Source: Planctomycetota bacterium (GTDB lineage: Bacteria > Planctomycetota > SZUA-567 > H5-PLA8). From it: DNA of 64,000 bases. The DNA is taken from assembly GCA_038227875.1 (NCBI GenBank), contig JBBRPR010000011.1, positions 126,402 to 190,401 on the forward strand, in the 5' to 3' direction. Below are positions 38,104 through 47,852 of the stretch, in pieces. A program made the translations under genes and the position numbers. The notes beneath the pieces were generated by a model, which worked only from the letters and a program-made list of their open reading frames with translations, ran no database searches and had not been told where the DNA came from. Numbering within the stretch: the stretch's first letter is position 1; each line of letters opens with the position of its first letter.

Positions 38104-40224
38104 TCAGCTCATCCACTCCAGCGCCCCACCCTCGCCGCGAGAATAACGGTCCTCGTCCGTGCGCGCGGGTTGCGGCTTGGCTTTCGCCGATCCGTTGCCA
38201 CAGCCAGCGCCGCCCTTCGGCGAACCGTGATCTTCCTCGTAGCGCTTGGGGCGGCGGTCCTTGGAATTCTGACCCCAGCCATCGCCGCCACCGGGAGCAG
38301 ATGCGCCCACGCCATTGACCTTGCCGTTGCGCCGTTTGCCGCGCAGGTGCGGCGGGGCTTTGCCGGGATAGTTTGGCGTAAAGTTGCCGCTCCGTTCGCG
38401 CCGTGATTCGTGCGGGACCAGGCATTCCGGGCCGGAGCCGATCAGATCGGTACGGTTGCATTCGCGCAGTGCTTCGCGGACGTCGGGCCAGTAATCCGGA
38501 TCGCGGAAGAAGAACATCGCGCGCTGCAGCCGCTTCTCGCGCGGCGTCTTCGCGCAATAGACGATTTCGCTGGTCAGCGGATTGGTGCCGCAGTGCCACA
38601 TCGCCATGCCCAGCGTCAGTGGCGCGGGATAGAAATCCTGCACCTGCTCCGGCGCGAGCGCTTCGTCTTTCAGGAATTCCGCGAGCTCGACCATGTGTTC
38701 GAGTTTGCAGCCGGGATGTCCGGAGATGAAATACTGGACGGTGTACTGATCTTTTCCAGCCGAACAACTGGCCTGCGCGTACTGCTGCAGAAACTCCTTG
38801 TAGAGATCCGCACCCGGTTTTTTCATGTGGTGGAGCACTTCGGGGCTGGTGTGTTCCGGTGCGATCTTCAGCCGGCCGGAGACGTGGTATTTAGTCAGCT
38901 GCTCGATGTAATCCTTGCCGCCGTCGCTTAACGCCAAGTCGAAGCGAATGCCGCTCTGGATAAACGCGTGTTTCACGCCGGGAATCTTGCGCGCCTTGTC
39001 CATCAGGTCGAGGACTTCGGTGTGGTCAGTGTTGAGATGCGGACAGATCGTCGGCGTCAGGCAGTTGCGCGCGTGGCAGCGGTAGCGCCCGATCTTGCAA
39101 TGCGTGCCGTACATGTTCGCGGTCGGTCCGCCGAGATCGCTGATCGTCCCGCGGAACGCCGGGTCACTGGTCATCGTCTCAATTTCTTTCAGCACGCTGA
39201 TTTCTGAGCGGCTGGCGACGGCGACGCCCTGATGGTACGTGATTGCGCAGAACGAACAGTCGGCGTAACAACCGCGGTGCGTCGTCACCGAATCCTTGAT
39301 CATGTCGTAGCAGGGGATACGCGCGTCGCCGTAGGACGGATGCGGATGGCGCGTGAACGGCAGATCGTAGATCTCGTCCATCTGCTGTGTCGTCAGCGTG
39401 GGGCTGGGCGGATAAACGATCACGTAGCGGTCGCCGTGCTTCTGCGCGACCGGCCGGCCGTAGGTCGGATCGCAGTTGAGATGATACTTGCGGAACATCC
39501 ACGCGAATCGCTCGCGCCCGGCGTCGGTCATCGGGCTGACTTCTTCCCAACTGGGCACTTCGAGAATGCGATCGATCGCCTTCAATTCCTTGCGCACCAC
39601 GCTCGTGCCGGGAATGCCATCGATTCCACCGATCCCGTCGGCGCCAACGGGATTCTGGAGAGCCTGGACCAGCGCCTTGAGCGCCATTTCGGCCTGGCCG
39701 AAGATCAGCACGTCAGCCTTGGCGTCGAGAATCATCGGCCGCTTCACGCGGTCGGACCAGTAATCGAAGTAGCTCATGCGCCGCAGTGACGCTTCGACGC
39801 CGCCGATCACCAGCGGCGGGCACTCCTGTTTGAAAGCTTCGCGCAGGCGCTGGCAATAGACCACCGTGGCCATGTCCGGTCGTTTGCCGATCACGGCGCC
39901 GGGCGTGTACTGATCGTCGCGGCGCGGGCGGCGCATCACCGTCAAGCGCGCGAGCTGGCTGTCGACGTTGCCGGCCGTGACGCCGAAGAACAATCGCGGC
40001 TTTCCGAGTTTTTTGAAGTCGTCGGTCGTGCGCCAATCGGGCTGCGCGATGATGCCGACGCGCAGGCCGAGGTGTTCGAGCCAGCGGCCGATGATCCCAG
40101 CGCCGAACGCGGGATGGTCGATGTAGGCATCGCCGGTGACGAGGATCACGTCGAATTCCGTCCAGCCAAAATTGGTCTGGGCTTCTTCCAACGACATGGG
40201 GAGCGGGTAGCGGGCGAGCGGCAT
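38104..40224 (-). CDS. ygiQ: YgiQ (UPF0313) family radical SAM protein
   Basis: DVILVTGDAYIDHPAFG, GVEASLRR, RGCYADCSFCAITYHQG, DLGGPTANMY, YFISGHPG, EQVQDFYP. Confidence 0.93.
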   Translation of the reverse strand: MPLARYPLPMSLEEAQTNFGWTEFDVILVTGDAYIDHPAFGAGIIGRWLEHLGLRVGIIAQPDWRTTDDFKKLGKPRLFFGVTAGNVDSQLARLTVMRRPRRDDQYTPGAVIGKRPDMATVVYCQRLREAFKQECPPLVIGGVEASLRRMSYFDYWSDRVKRPMILDAKADVLIFGQAEMALKALVQALQNPVGADGIGGIDGIPGTSVVRKELKAIDRILEVPSWEEVSPMTDAGRERFAWMFRKYHLNCDPTYGRPVAQKHGDRYVIVYPPSPTLTTQQMDEIYDLPFTRHPHPSYGDARIPCYDMIKDSVTTHRGCYADCSFCAITYHQGVAVASRSEISVLKEIETMTSDPAFRGTISDLGGPTANMYGTHCKIGRYRCHARNCLTPTICPHLNTDHTEVLDLMDKARKIPGVKHAFIQSGIRFDLALSDGGKDYIEQLTKYHVSGRLKIAPEHTSPEVLHHMKKPGADLYKEFLQQYAQASCSAGKDQYTVQYFISGHPGCKLEHMVELAEFLKDEALAPEQVQDFYPAPLTLGMAMWHCGTNPLTSEIVYCAKTPREKRLQRAMFFFRDPDYWPDVREALRECNRTDLIGSGPECLVPHESRRERSGNFTPNYPGKAPPHLRGKRRNGKVNGVGASAPGGGDGWGQNSKDRRPKRYEEDHGSPKGGAGCGNGSAKAKPQPARTDEDRYSRGEGGALEWMS

Positions 40225-40387
40225 GGCAGGAGTCGAATTCCGATGCGGCGCGAAGGCCGTCGAAATTCCCTTTTCTGTTAAGCTTCGCCCCGGTCGCCGT
40301 CACATCCGGCTAGCAAGGAGTCGCGCACACTGAACATTGAATTATGAGCGATAAATGATGAATTGCAAGCGGCCCAACTCTGTGTGT

Positions 40388-40419
40388 CAGGGAGCAAGCG
40401 GCTGTTTGCTTGCTCCCTG
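40388..40419. terminator. Strong hairpin downstream of rpmH
   Basis: CAGGGAGCAAGC-N8-GCTTGCTCCCTG perfect 12-bp stem; weak U-tract. Confidence 0.5.
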
Positions 40420-40515
40420 CTAAGCCGCACGAATCAGCATCATCAACCCAAAACAAAAAGCGCTCTGCCTCTCGGCTCAAGCGCCTTGTTACGTCGCGTT
40501 ACTTTTTCTGACCGA

Positions 40516-40653
40516 TCAACCGAAAACGGTGGCGGTTCGGCCGCGGCGGCGGCGGCGATTCAACACCTTGCGGCCGGCCTTGGTGCTCTTGCGCTGCCGG
40601 TAACCACTGACGCGGCGCTTCTTCAACTTCGAATTACGAACATTGGTCTTCAT
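40516..40653 (-). CDS. rpmH: 50S ribosomal protein L34
   Basis: Manual translation MKTNVRNSKLKKRRVSGYRQRKSTKAGRKVLNRRRRRGRTATVFG (45 aa) fits the L34 pattern; GAAAGGGA RBS. Missed by the ORF track. Confidence 0.88.
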   Translation of the reverse strand: MKTNVRNSKLKKRRVSGYRQRKSTKAGRKVLNRRRRRGRTATVFG

Positions 40654-40766
40654 CTAAATCCCTTTCACCCCACGACAAGTACGATTGAACAGAACGGAGA
40701 AGTATGGGGAATATTGGACGGAAGTCAACTGATTATCTTCCGCAAAGCCGCAAGGCGCAAAGAACG

Positions 40767-40842
40767 ACGGGAATCGGGATTGGAAATGAGGATTCGTCGC
40801 TGCGGACCACGCAAATTCCGAATCCCGAATCCCGAATCCCGG
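40767..40842. repeat. Degenerate palindromic element D with (CCCGAAT) heptamer arm
   Basis: ACGGGAATCGGGATTGGAAATG ... CAAATTCCGAATCCCGAATCCCGAATCCCGG. Confidence 0.6.
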
Positions 40843-40844
40843 CC

Positions 40845-41810
40845 CTATTTCGGTTTCTGCGGCTGCAGGCGGTCGCGGTGGAAATTCAGCAGGTCGCGGA
40901 GCGTCTTTTCCAGCGGAATTTCCGGCTGCCAGCCGGTGGCGGCTTTCAACTTCTCGTAGCTGCCGCGGATGTCCATCACCTGGGTCTCGCGCTGGCGTTT
41001 CGGATCGGGACGAATTTCTACTTTCACGCGCGCCATCTGGACAAGCGTGTTGAGCACCCATTCGGCACTGACGCTCTTGCCCGAGGCCAGATTGTACGCT
41101 TCGCCCTTCTCGCCTTTTTGCACGAGTAGCCGGTAGCCGCGGACCATGTCGCGGACATCGGAAAAATCGCGCTTCGGCGAAAGGTCGCCGACATAGATCG
41201 TCGCCTCGCCGCCGAGTTCCACGCGGGCGATCTGTTCGGCGAAGGTCGAGCAGACAAAGTCGGGCCGCTGCCGCGGACCGGTGTGATTGAACGGCCGGGC
41301 GATCACCACCGACAATCCGTACGTGCCGATGAACGGATGTGCCGCCAGTTCCAGCGCGGCCTTGCCCGCCGCAAAAATGTTCGCAGGCAGAAACGGCTGC
41401 GTCTCGACGACGGGGAGATTCTCCGGCTTCACCGGTCCGTAAACTTCCGCGGTGCTGGCCAGCATCACGCGTGTCGTAGGGCTCTGCGTACGGACGGCTT
41501 CCAGCAAATGGATGCCGCCGAGCAGATTGACTTCGTACGTGCGCGCGGGTTCCTTCTGCGCGTCATGAATGATGTTGATTGCGGCGAGATGGAAGATCGC
41601 ATCGAAATGAGCTTCGCGCAGAATGCCGCGCATGAAATCCGGCTGTGAAAGGTCGCCGACGCGAAGCGTGATCTGGTCGAGGTACTGCGTGAGGTTGGAG
41701 GTGCGCGCGCCGGGACGGCAGGTGCCCCAGACTTCGTCGCCCTCTGCCAGGCAATGATCGACGAGATGCGAACCGGCAAAGCCTTCAGCGCCGGTGATTA
41801 GAATTCGCAT
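40845..41810 (-). CDS. GDP-mannose 4,6-dehydratase / GDP-4-keto-6-deoxymannose reductase-like extended SDR
   Basis: ILITGAEGFAG, IFHLAA, STAEVYG, RPFNHTGPRQ, RDFSDVRDMVRGY; the YxxxK motif reads FAAGK. Confidence 0.85.
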   Translation of the reverse strand: MRILITGAEGFAGSHLVDHCLAEGDEVWGTCRPGARTSNLTQYLDQITLRVGDLSQPDFMRGILREAHFDAIFHLAAINIIHDAQKEPARTYEVNLLGGIHLLEAVRTQSPTTRVMLASTAEVYGPVKPENLPVVETQPFLPANIFAAGKAALELAAHPFIGTYGLSVVIARPFNHTGPRQRPDFVCSTFAEQIARVELGGEATIYVGDLSPKRDFSDVRDMVRGYRLLVQKGEKGEAYNLASGKSVSAEWVLNTLVQMARVKVEIRPDPKRQRETQVMDIRGSYEKLKAATGWQPEIPLEKTLRDLLNFHRDRLQPQKPK

Positions 41811-41834
41811 ACAGCCCGTTCCCTTCAAACCGGA

Positions 41835-42470
41835 TCAATTGCCCGCCGCCGGAGCGTTTCCATCCTGATTTTTCCGCGACTTTAAGAACGTCACAATCGC
41901 GGGCAGCAATGAGATAAAAATGATTAATGCCAGCGCGACTTCAAGGTTATTTTTTACCATGGGCTTCTCGCCCAGCCAATAGCCCAGCGCCGTCAGTCCC
42001 AGAATCCAGCCGATGCCGCCGAAAACGTTGTAGCTCACAAAGCGTTTGTACGGCATCTGCGCGATGCCCGCGACGACCGGTGCGAACGTGCGCAGAATGG
42101 GCGCGAAGCGCGCCAGCACGATTGTCTTGCCGCCATGCTTCTCGTAGTAATCGCGCGTGGTGAGCAGATGTTCCTTGCGGAAGTACCACGTCCGTTCGCG
42201 CTTGTAGAGCGCATCGCCGATCTTGTAGCCAATCCAGTAACCCACCGTGTCGCCAATGATCGCCGCTGGGATCAACCACATATTCAACGTTACGAAATCG
42301 AGGTTGGCGCCATTCAGAAACGAGTTGTTTGGCACACAGGCCAGTCCCGCCATAAACAGCAACGAGTCGCCGGGCAGGCAGAACACCAGCAGTCCAGTCT
42401 CAAGAAAGATGACCAGCGCCATCGCGCTATAGCCATACTCAACAAGGTAATGAATCACCTTCTGCATCAT
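41835..42470 (-). CDS. DedA family membrane protein
   Basis: FLETGLL..LPGDSLLF, AAIIGDTVGYWIG, HGGKTIVLARFAPILRTF. Confidence 0.95.
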   Translation of the reverse strand: MMQKVIHYLVEYGYSAMALVIFLETGLLVFCLPGDSLLFMAGLACVPNNSFLNGANLDFVTLNMWLIPAAIIGDTVGYWIGYKIGDALYKRERTWYFRKEHLLTTRDYYEKHGGKTIVLARFAPILRTFAPVVAGIAQMPYKRFVSYNVFGGIGWILGLTALGYWLGEKPMVKNNLEVALALIIFISLLPAIVTFLKSRKNQDGNAPAAGN

Positions 42471-42579
42471 GAGGACAACACTCTCCCAAGTTGAATCGTC
42501 GCGCTACTGTCGATGCAGAGCACCGCTCCGGCAAGTGCGTTTTAAGCGCGCTAACTTTCGAACGAATGCACGAACCAAC

Positions 42580-42605
42580 AAAAACTCCCCGCGAGCGCGA
42601 GGAGT
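42580..42605 (-). terminator. Intrinsic terminator of the 42697-43491 gene
   Basis: ACTCCCCGCG..CGCGAGGAGT stem with a T-tract on the minus strand. Confidence 0.55.
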
Positions 42606-42696
42606 AATCTTAATTCCAAATGAACGAAGCGATGCGCCGTAACCGCAGTCCTCAGTCCTTCCGTTCTGACTCCTAGCCCCTGGTCCCTCGCGCGCG

Positions 42697-43491
42697 TTAC
42701 TCCGCGAACTGGAGATACGTAATGCGCAGTTCGGGGCTGCTGATGACTTCGCCGGCCGGCGTCGGGATGTCCACTTTCTGGAGGAGCGGCATGCCTTCCT
42801 TGCCGTTGCTGGTCGGCTGCGGCGGCGGCGTCTGGCCGGCCTTGTCGACGAAGAGGAAACGGCGTTCTTCCGGCTTGGCTTTGCCCTTCACCGGGATGAT
42901 CATGGTCAGCTCCATGGCGCGCAGGCGTTTGTCGCCGGCGTTCCGCACCATGATCGTGCCCGTGATGTGCTCGCCGATGTTGAAGGTCTGCGCGATCGAA
43001 AGTTTGTTCTCGTAGTTGGTGATCGTCGGCGCGGCACCCTTGCGGTGCTCGTCGGTCAGGATGTCGGTGACGTCCTGGTTGGTCTCGTCGAGAATGTGAA
43101 TTTCCGGATCGAGCGGGTCCTGATGCGCGTTCTGCTTCGGCGCGTTGGGTGTGGGCAGGATGATCGCCGACGAACCGGTCGTGCTGGTCTTGATCGGATC
43201 GCTGTTGTGCTTCTGAGCGGACGCGACTTTCGGTTCCTTGGGATCGGTCGGCTGCTGTGAGCTGGCCTGTACGTCCTGCCTGACCCACGACAGACTCCCG
43301 CCGCTCATCACGAGCTTTTCGAGATCGCCTGTCTCTTTATTAAAACGGAAGCGCTGCCCTTCCATCGAGAAGCAGTCGTACTTGAACGGCTGATCTTCGG
43401 CGACCGCGGAGCGTACGCTGGCTGCGGCTGCGACGAAGCTCAATGCCAACAGCACCACGAACGGCGAACGGTAAAGTGCTTTTGATTTCAC
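42697..43491 (-). CDS. Exported hypothetical protein
   Basis: Signal peptide (VVLLALSFVAAAASVRSAVA), GGGGAGG RBS, GC3-rich codons. Confidence 0.75.
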   Translation of the reverse strand: MKSKALYRSPFVVLLALSFVAAAASVRSAVAEDQPFKYDCFSMEGQRFRFNKETGDLEKLVMSGGSLSWVRQDVQASSQQPTDPKEPKVASAQKHNSDPIKTSTTGSSAIILPTPNAPKQNAHQDPLDPEIHILDETNQDVTDILTDEHRKGAAPTITNYENKLSIAQTFNIGEHITGTIMVRNAGDKRLRAMELTMIIPVKGKAKPEERRFLFVDKAGQTPPPQPTSNGKEGMPLLQKVDIPTPAGEVISSPELRITYLQFAE

Positions 43492-43845
43492 TAAATACCT
43501 CCCCTGCCTGCGGACCGGAACAGCGGTCTCGCGTCCAGAGTTATCGGACGTTCTGCGCTCGAGCCTGATCGAAATCTGGAAGCATTAATGCCTGAAAGTG
43601 GCAACATCTGCAAGGTGAAAACGACAAGGGTCAAATCTTATTGTTATATTTCACAAGGACTTAGCACGTGTGCAACTGAATTCCAAAACCGACTTAGAAG
43701 AATAGAAACGGCAAACTGCGGGTCTGAAAGATTTTTTAAAAAAAGTCACGATGCGAAGTGTCGCGCGCTTGCGTATGGCTGTAAACGAGCATATACAGAG
43801 AATAACCGCATTCGATTTCCTTCAGGGAGGCCTTCGCAGACGACT

Positions 43846-45699
43846 ATGGATAACAGCCTTGAAAACAGTTTCGTCGAAAAGGTCGTCGCTAAAAACAATC
43901 TCGCTCAAGCTGCCCAGATTGAACAAGCCAAAGCCGCCAGCGCGCAGAGCGGCAAGCCGCTGCTGACCAGCCTCAAAGAGCTCCATCTACTGGGCGACGA
44001 TCACGTCACCAAGATCGGCGAGATGTTCGAGAAGTACAAGCAGACTCAAGGGATAGCCGCGGGTTCCACCGGGTCATCGGGCACCATGGAACCGGCCGCT
44101 CCGGCGGGGATTCAGCGCATCGGACCTTCGGGCGGCGGCAGCGGCGGATCGGCGCCCACGATTCAGCGCATCGGACCGGTGGCTGGCGCACCGTCCGCCG
44201 GCGTGCAGCGCATCGGGCCTGTAAGCGGCGGGAGCGGCGGAACGTCCGCACCTCCCACGATACAGAAAATCGGTCCCGCGGCGGGAACGCCTCCTCCAGC
44301 GGTGCAGAAGATCGGCCCGGCGGCGCCGACCATCCAGAAGATCGGGCCCGCGGCCGGGACCACGCCGTCCATCCCTTCGGCACAGGGCACGCCGAATCCC
44401 ATTTTGAAAATCCGCAGCTCGGCGTCGACGTCCAACCCGACGGCAGCGGCGACGTCGTCCGCGCCGCCCCAATCTGCGCCGCCGCAGATCGCGCCAAAAA
44501 TTCAGCTCACTGGCGCGGGTACCGGCCACCCGACGGTCAGTCACGCCGCACCGCCGCCGCAGGTTCAGCGCGCCAGCGGCACACCTCATGTCCAGGTGAC
44601 TCAAGCTCCGCCGACGCCGCGCGATGTCGCGCAGTACAGCCACGTCCATCATTATCTCGAATACGCCCGCAACATTGGCGCATCCGATTTGCACATCAAC
44701 ACCAATTCCCCGCCGATCATCCGCAAGTATGGCAAGCTGATCAGCCTCCCCCGCCCTCCCTTCACCAACGTGGAGGCGGAGAAGCTGCTGATGTCGATCT
44801 TGACCAAGGCTCAGCGCGATGAAATCGAAGAGAAGCGCGCGCTGGACTTCTGTTACACCGTCGAAGAGCAGGGCCGCTACCGCTCGTGTATTCTCAAGCA
44901 GCGCAATGGCTGGGACGGATCGTTCCGCGTCGTCAAATCGCAGGTGCCGACGTTCGAAGAGCTCGGCCTGCCCACGGATTTGAAGCGTCTGACCGAGTAC
45001 CACCAGGGATTGGTGCTCGTCACCGGCCCCAACGGTTGCGGCAAGTCGACGACCATGGCGGCGCTGCTGAACCTGATCAATCAGAACCGCGAAGAACACA
45101 TCATCTCAATCGAGGATCCCGTCGAATACACGTTCGAGCCGATGAAATGCCAGGTCAATCAGCGCGAAGTCGGGCAGAACACGAAGAGTTTCGCCAATGC
45201 GCTGCGCGCCGCGCTGCGCGAAGACCCCGACATCATCATGATCGGCGAACTGCGCGACGAGGAAACCGTCGGCTTGGCGATCACCGCCGCGGAAACGGGG
45301 CATTTGGTGTTCGGCACGCTGCACACCACGTCCGCCGGCCGCACGATCGATCGTATGCTCGACGTCTTCCCGCCCGACGAACAGGGCCAAATCCGCAGCA
45401 TGATCTCCGAGTCGATCAAGGGCATCATCTGCCAACAGCTCGTCCCGCGCAAAGACGGCAACGGCCGGGTGCTGGCGATGGAAATCCTGTTCAACACCCC
45501 AGCCGTCGCCAATCTGATCCGCGAACGCAAGCTCCATCAGTTGCCCTCTGCGATGCAGACCGGCCGAAAACTCGGCATGGTGCTGCTCGACGATTCGTTG
45601 ATGACGCTGGTGAAAGCCGGCACGATTGAAGGCGCGGACGCGTTCTACTCGGCTGAAAATAAGGCAACGTTCGCGCAGTGGGCCCCGAAAGCAGTGTAG
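43846..45699 (+). CDS. pilT: Type IV pilus retraction ATPase PilT with ~270-aa N-terminal extension
   Basis: GASDLHI, GLVLVTGPNGCGKSTT, IEDPVE, ALRAALREDPDIIMIGELRD, GHLVFGTLHT. Confidence 0.92.
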   Translation: MDNSLENSFVEKVVAKNNLAQAAQIEQAKAASAQSGKPLLTSLKELHLLGDDHVTKIGEMFEKYKQTQGIAAGSTGSSGTMEPAAPAGIQRIGPSGGGSGGSAPTIQRIGPVAGAPSAGVQRIGPVSGGSGGTSAPPTIQKIGPAAGTPPPAVQKIGPAAPTIQKIGPAAGTTPSIPSAQGTPNPILKIRSSASTSNPTAAATSSAPPQSAPPQIAPKIQLTGAGTGHPTVSHAAPPPQVQRASGTPHVQVTQAPPTPRDVAQYSHVHHYLEYARNIGASDLHINTNSPPIIRKYGKLISLPRPPFTNVEAEKLLMSILTKAQRDEIEEKRALDFCYTVEEQGRYRSCILKQRNGWDGSFRVVKSQVPTFEELGLPTDLKRLTEYHQGLVLVTGPNGCGKSTTMAALLNLINQNREEHIISIEDPVEYTFEPMKCQVNQREVGQNTKSFANALRAALREDPDIIMIGELRDEETVGLAITAAETGHLVFGTLHTTSAGRTIDRMLDVFPPDEQGQIRSMISESIKGIICQQLVPRKDGNGRVLAMEILFNTPAVANLIRERKLHQLPSAMQTGRKLGMVLLDDSLMTLVKAGTIEGADAFYSAENKATFAQWAPKAV

Positions 45700-45750
45700 A
45701 AAATTTGATTGATGACTGACGAACGCTGATTGCACACTCGGAGTGTTGCC

Positions 45751-46809
45751 ATGTCGAAAATTGATAAGCTTTTCGAAACGATGATGGGCAAAAGCGGCTC
45801 CGACCTTCACATGTCCGAAGGTCAGCCGCCGAAAATGCGCGTCCATGGTCGTATGACGACCATGGAACATCCGGTGCTCAACACCGAGATGATGATCTCG
45901 TATCTTCAGGAACTCTGTTCGCCGGAACGCTGGAAACATTTCATTGAGAACCGCGACCTCGACTTTGCATACTCGATGGGTGACCTGGCGCGCTTCCGCT
46001 GCAATTATTTCTACCAGACGCGCGGCATGGGCGCGGTCTTTCGAACCATTCCGGCCAAGATCAAGACCATCGAACAGTTGAACGTGCCGCTGGTGCTCAA
46101 AACGTTCGGTCAGTTGCGCTCAGGGCTGGTGCTGGTCACCGGGCCGACGGGTTCGGGAAAATCGACGACGCTGGCGGCGCTGATCGACTTCATCAACGAA
46201 AACTACGCGCGCCACATCGTCACGATCGAAGAGCCGATCGAATTTGTGCATCAGAACAAAAAATCGGTGCTCTGTCAGCGCGAAGTGGGACTGGACGTCA
46301 ATTCATTCTCCGACGGCCTGCGCACCTCCATCCGCCAGGACTGCGACGTGGTGCTCGTCGGCGAAATGCGTGACTTGACCACGATTTCACTCGCGGTCAC
46401 TGCCGCCGCGATGGGTACGCTGGTTTACGGCACGCTGCACACGAATTCGGCCGTGAAAACCATCGACCGCATCATCGACGTCTTCCCCGCCTCGCAACAG
46501 CCGCAGATCCGCACCATGCTCGCCGACTCCCTGAAAGGCATCTGCGCGCAGTTGCTGCTCCAGACTGCCGATGGCAAAGGCCGCGTGGCGACCAACGAAA
46601 TCCTGTGTTCGAATTCCGGTCTGTCAGCGACGATCCGCGAAGGCAACACGGGCAACATCCGCAACATTATTCAGGGCGGAAAAGATCAGGGCATGCAGCT
46701 GATGGACGATTCGATCATGGGCTTCCTGAAAGCCGGCCGCATCTCCGGCCACGAAGCGTACATGAAGGCCGCGGACAAGACGCGTTTCGCGCAGTTCGCG
46801 GAGCACTGA
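45751..46809 (+). CDS. pilT: Second PilT/PilU-family ATPase
   Basis: GSDLHM, VTGPTGSGKSTT, IEEPIE, VVLVGEMRD, GTLHTNSA. Confidence 0.92.
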   Translation: MSKIDKLFETMMGKSGSDLHMSEGQPPKMRVHGRMTTMEHPVLNTEMMISYLQELCSPERWKHFIENRDLDFAYSMGDLARFRCNYFYQTRGMGAVFRTIPAKIKTIEQLNVPLVLKTFGQLRSGLVLVTGPTGSGKSTTLAALIDFINENYARHIVTIEEPIEFVHQNKKSVLCQREVGLDVNSFSDGLRTSIRQDCDVVLVGEMRDLTTISLAVTAAAMGTLVYGTLHTNSAVKTIDRIIDVFPASQQPQIRTMLADSLKGICAQLLLQTADGKGRVATNEILCSNSGLSATIREGNTGNIRNIIQGGKDQGMQLMDDSIMGFLKAGRISGHEAYMKAADKTRFAQFAEH

Positions 46810-46830
46810 ACTCTTCTCAATCACGGTCCG

Positions 46831-46867
46831 AAAAAAAGCGCCCCTGCGAAACTCGCAGGGGCGCTTT
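46831..46867. terminator. Bidirectional intrinsic terminator
   Basis: AAAAAAAGCGCCCCTGCGA-AAC-TCGCAGGGGCGCTTT. Confidence 0.85.
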
Positions 46868-46895
46868 GCGTTTCACGACGAACTGCTGCGTGCTC

Positions 46896-47645
46896 TTACT
46901 TGCCGCGTCCGAAATCGGTGATGATCGAGGCCACCTTGCCGTCGGCCATTTCCGCCTTCACAGCGCCGCCCAGCGGAACTTCCTTGCTGACCCAGGCCTT
47001 CGAAACGAGCTTGCCATCCTGGTAGGTTTCGTAGCGGGTGCAGGCGACATCCTTGCCCTTGATGGACAGCTTGTCGGCGAATTCCTTCGTCTCGATCTTC
47101 AGCTCCTTGCGCTGCTTTTCGACATCCTTGGGATCGGTGTCGGGTTCGCTGTAGATCGTTTTCATTTTCTGCTCAGTAGTCTGCCCCATCATCGTGCTCT
47201 TGGCGTTAACGACGGTGTAGTGGTCGCCGACTTCCAGCACTTCCTGGCGGGACTTGGCGCCGGGTACCATCGGCATTTCGCCTTCGATCCAATCGCCCAC
47301 CTTCATGTCCTTGGCGCCGCTGGTTTCCCACAGGCTCTTCGGAAATTTCATTTCGATGGTCTGCGGCGGAGCGGCAGGAGCCGCGGCCGGCGGCGGTGCA
47401 TCGTCGGTCTTGGCCGGAGCGTCAGCGGCCTTGGTGTCGTCCTTCGCGGCCGGCGCTGCGGCGTTGTCGGACTTGGCCGGCGCGTCCGCCGGTTTTGAAT
47501 CCGTGGCGGCGGGATCAGCCTTGTCTTTCTTCTTATCCTTCTTCGGCTTCGGGCCGGGCATGTCCAACGCGAATACCGAGGGCGTCGCGAGACCCAACAG
47601 GGACACCGTGATGACCGCCAGGAATGCTTTACTCGACCGACTCAT
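46896..47645 (-). CDS. Exported hypothetical protein with Ala/Pro/Lys/Asp-rich linker
   Basis: Signal peptide; KVGDWIE and WVSKEVPLGGAVK beta-rich domain; GAGGAGG RBS. Confidence 0.8.
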   Translation of the reverse strand: MSRSSKAFLAVITVSLLGLATPSVFALDMPGPKPKKDKKKDKADPAATDSKPADAPAKSDNAAAPAAKDDTKAADAPAKTDDAPPPAAAPAAPPQTIEMKFPKSLWETSGAKDMKVGDWIEGEMPMVPGAKSRQEVLEVGDHYTVVNAKSTMMGQTTEQKMKTIYSEPDTDPKDVEKQRKELKIETKEFADKLSIKGKDVACTRYETYQDGKLVSKAWVSKEVPLGGAVKAEMADGKVASIITDFGRGK

Positions 47646-47852
47646 AAGACCTCCTCGAATGACCCATTTATTTTGCAGAACAGTTTCTGCGTTTCGGAAA
47701 GCGTAAGAGCGTAGCTCAAGATCTGAAATACGGAAGAATACGTATTTGGAAATTTAATCTATCGCGACTGCACCAAGTGTCGTGCACCGGGTGGGCCGAA
47801 GTAAAATGCCCGGCGCCAATCCCCGATGCCATGTGTTCGTCCGTCCGGCCGC

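Noticed and set aside
40225..40845. oriC next to rpmH
   Set aside because: No dnaA, rnpA or DnaA-box cluster around rpmH.
43775..43791. Sigma54 promoter for pilT (TGGCTGTAAACGAGC); similar weak site at 54152-54168
   Set aside because: GG-N10-GC spacing is present but flanking bases match poorly, so it may be chance.
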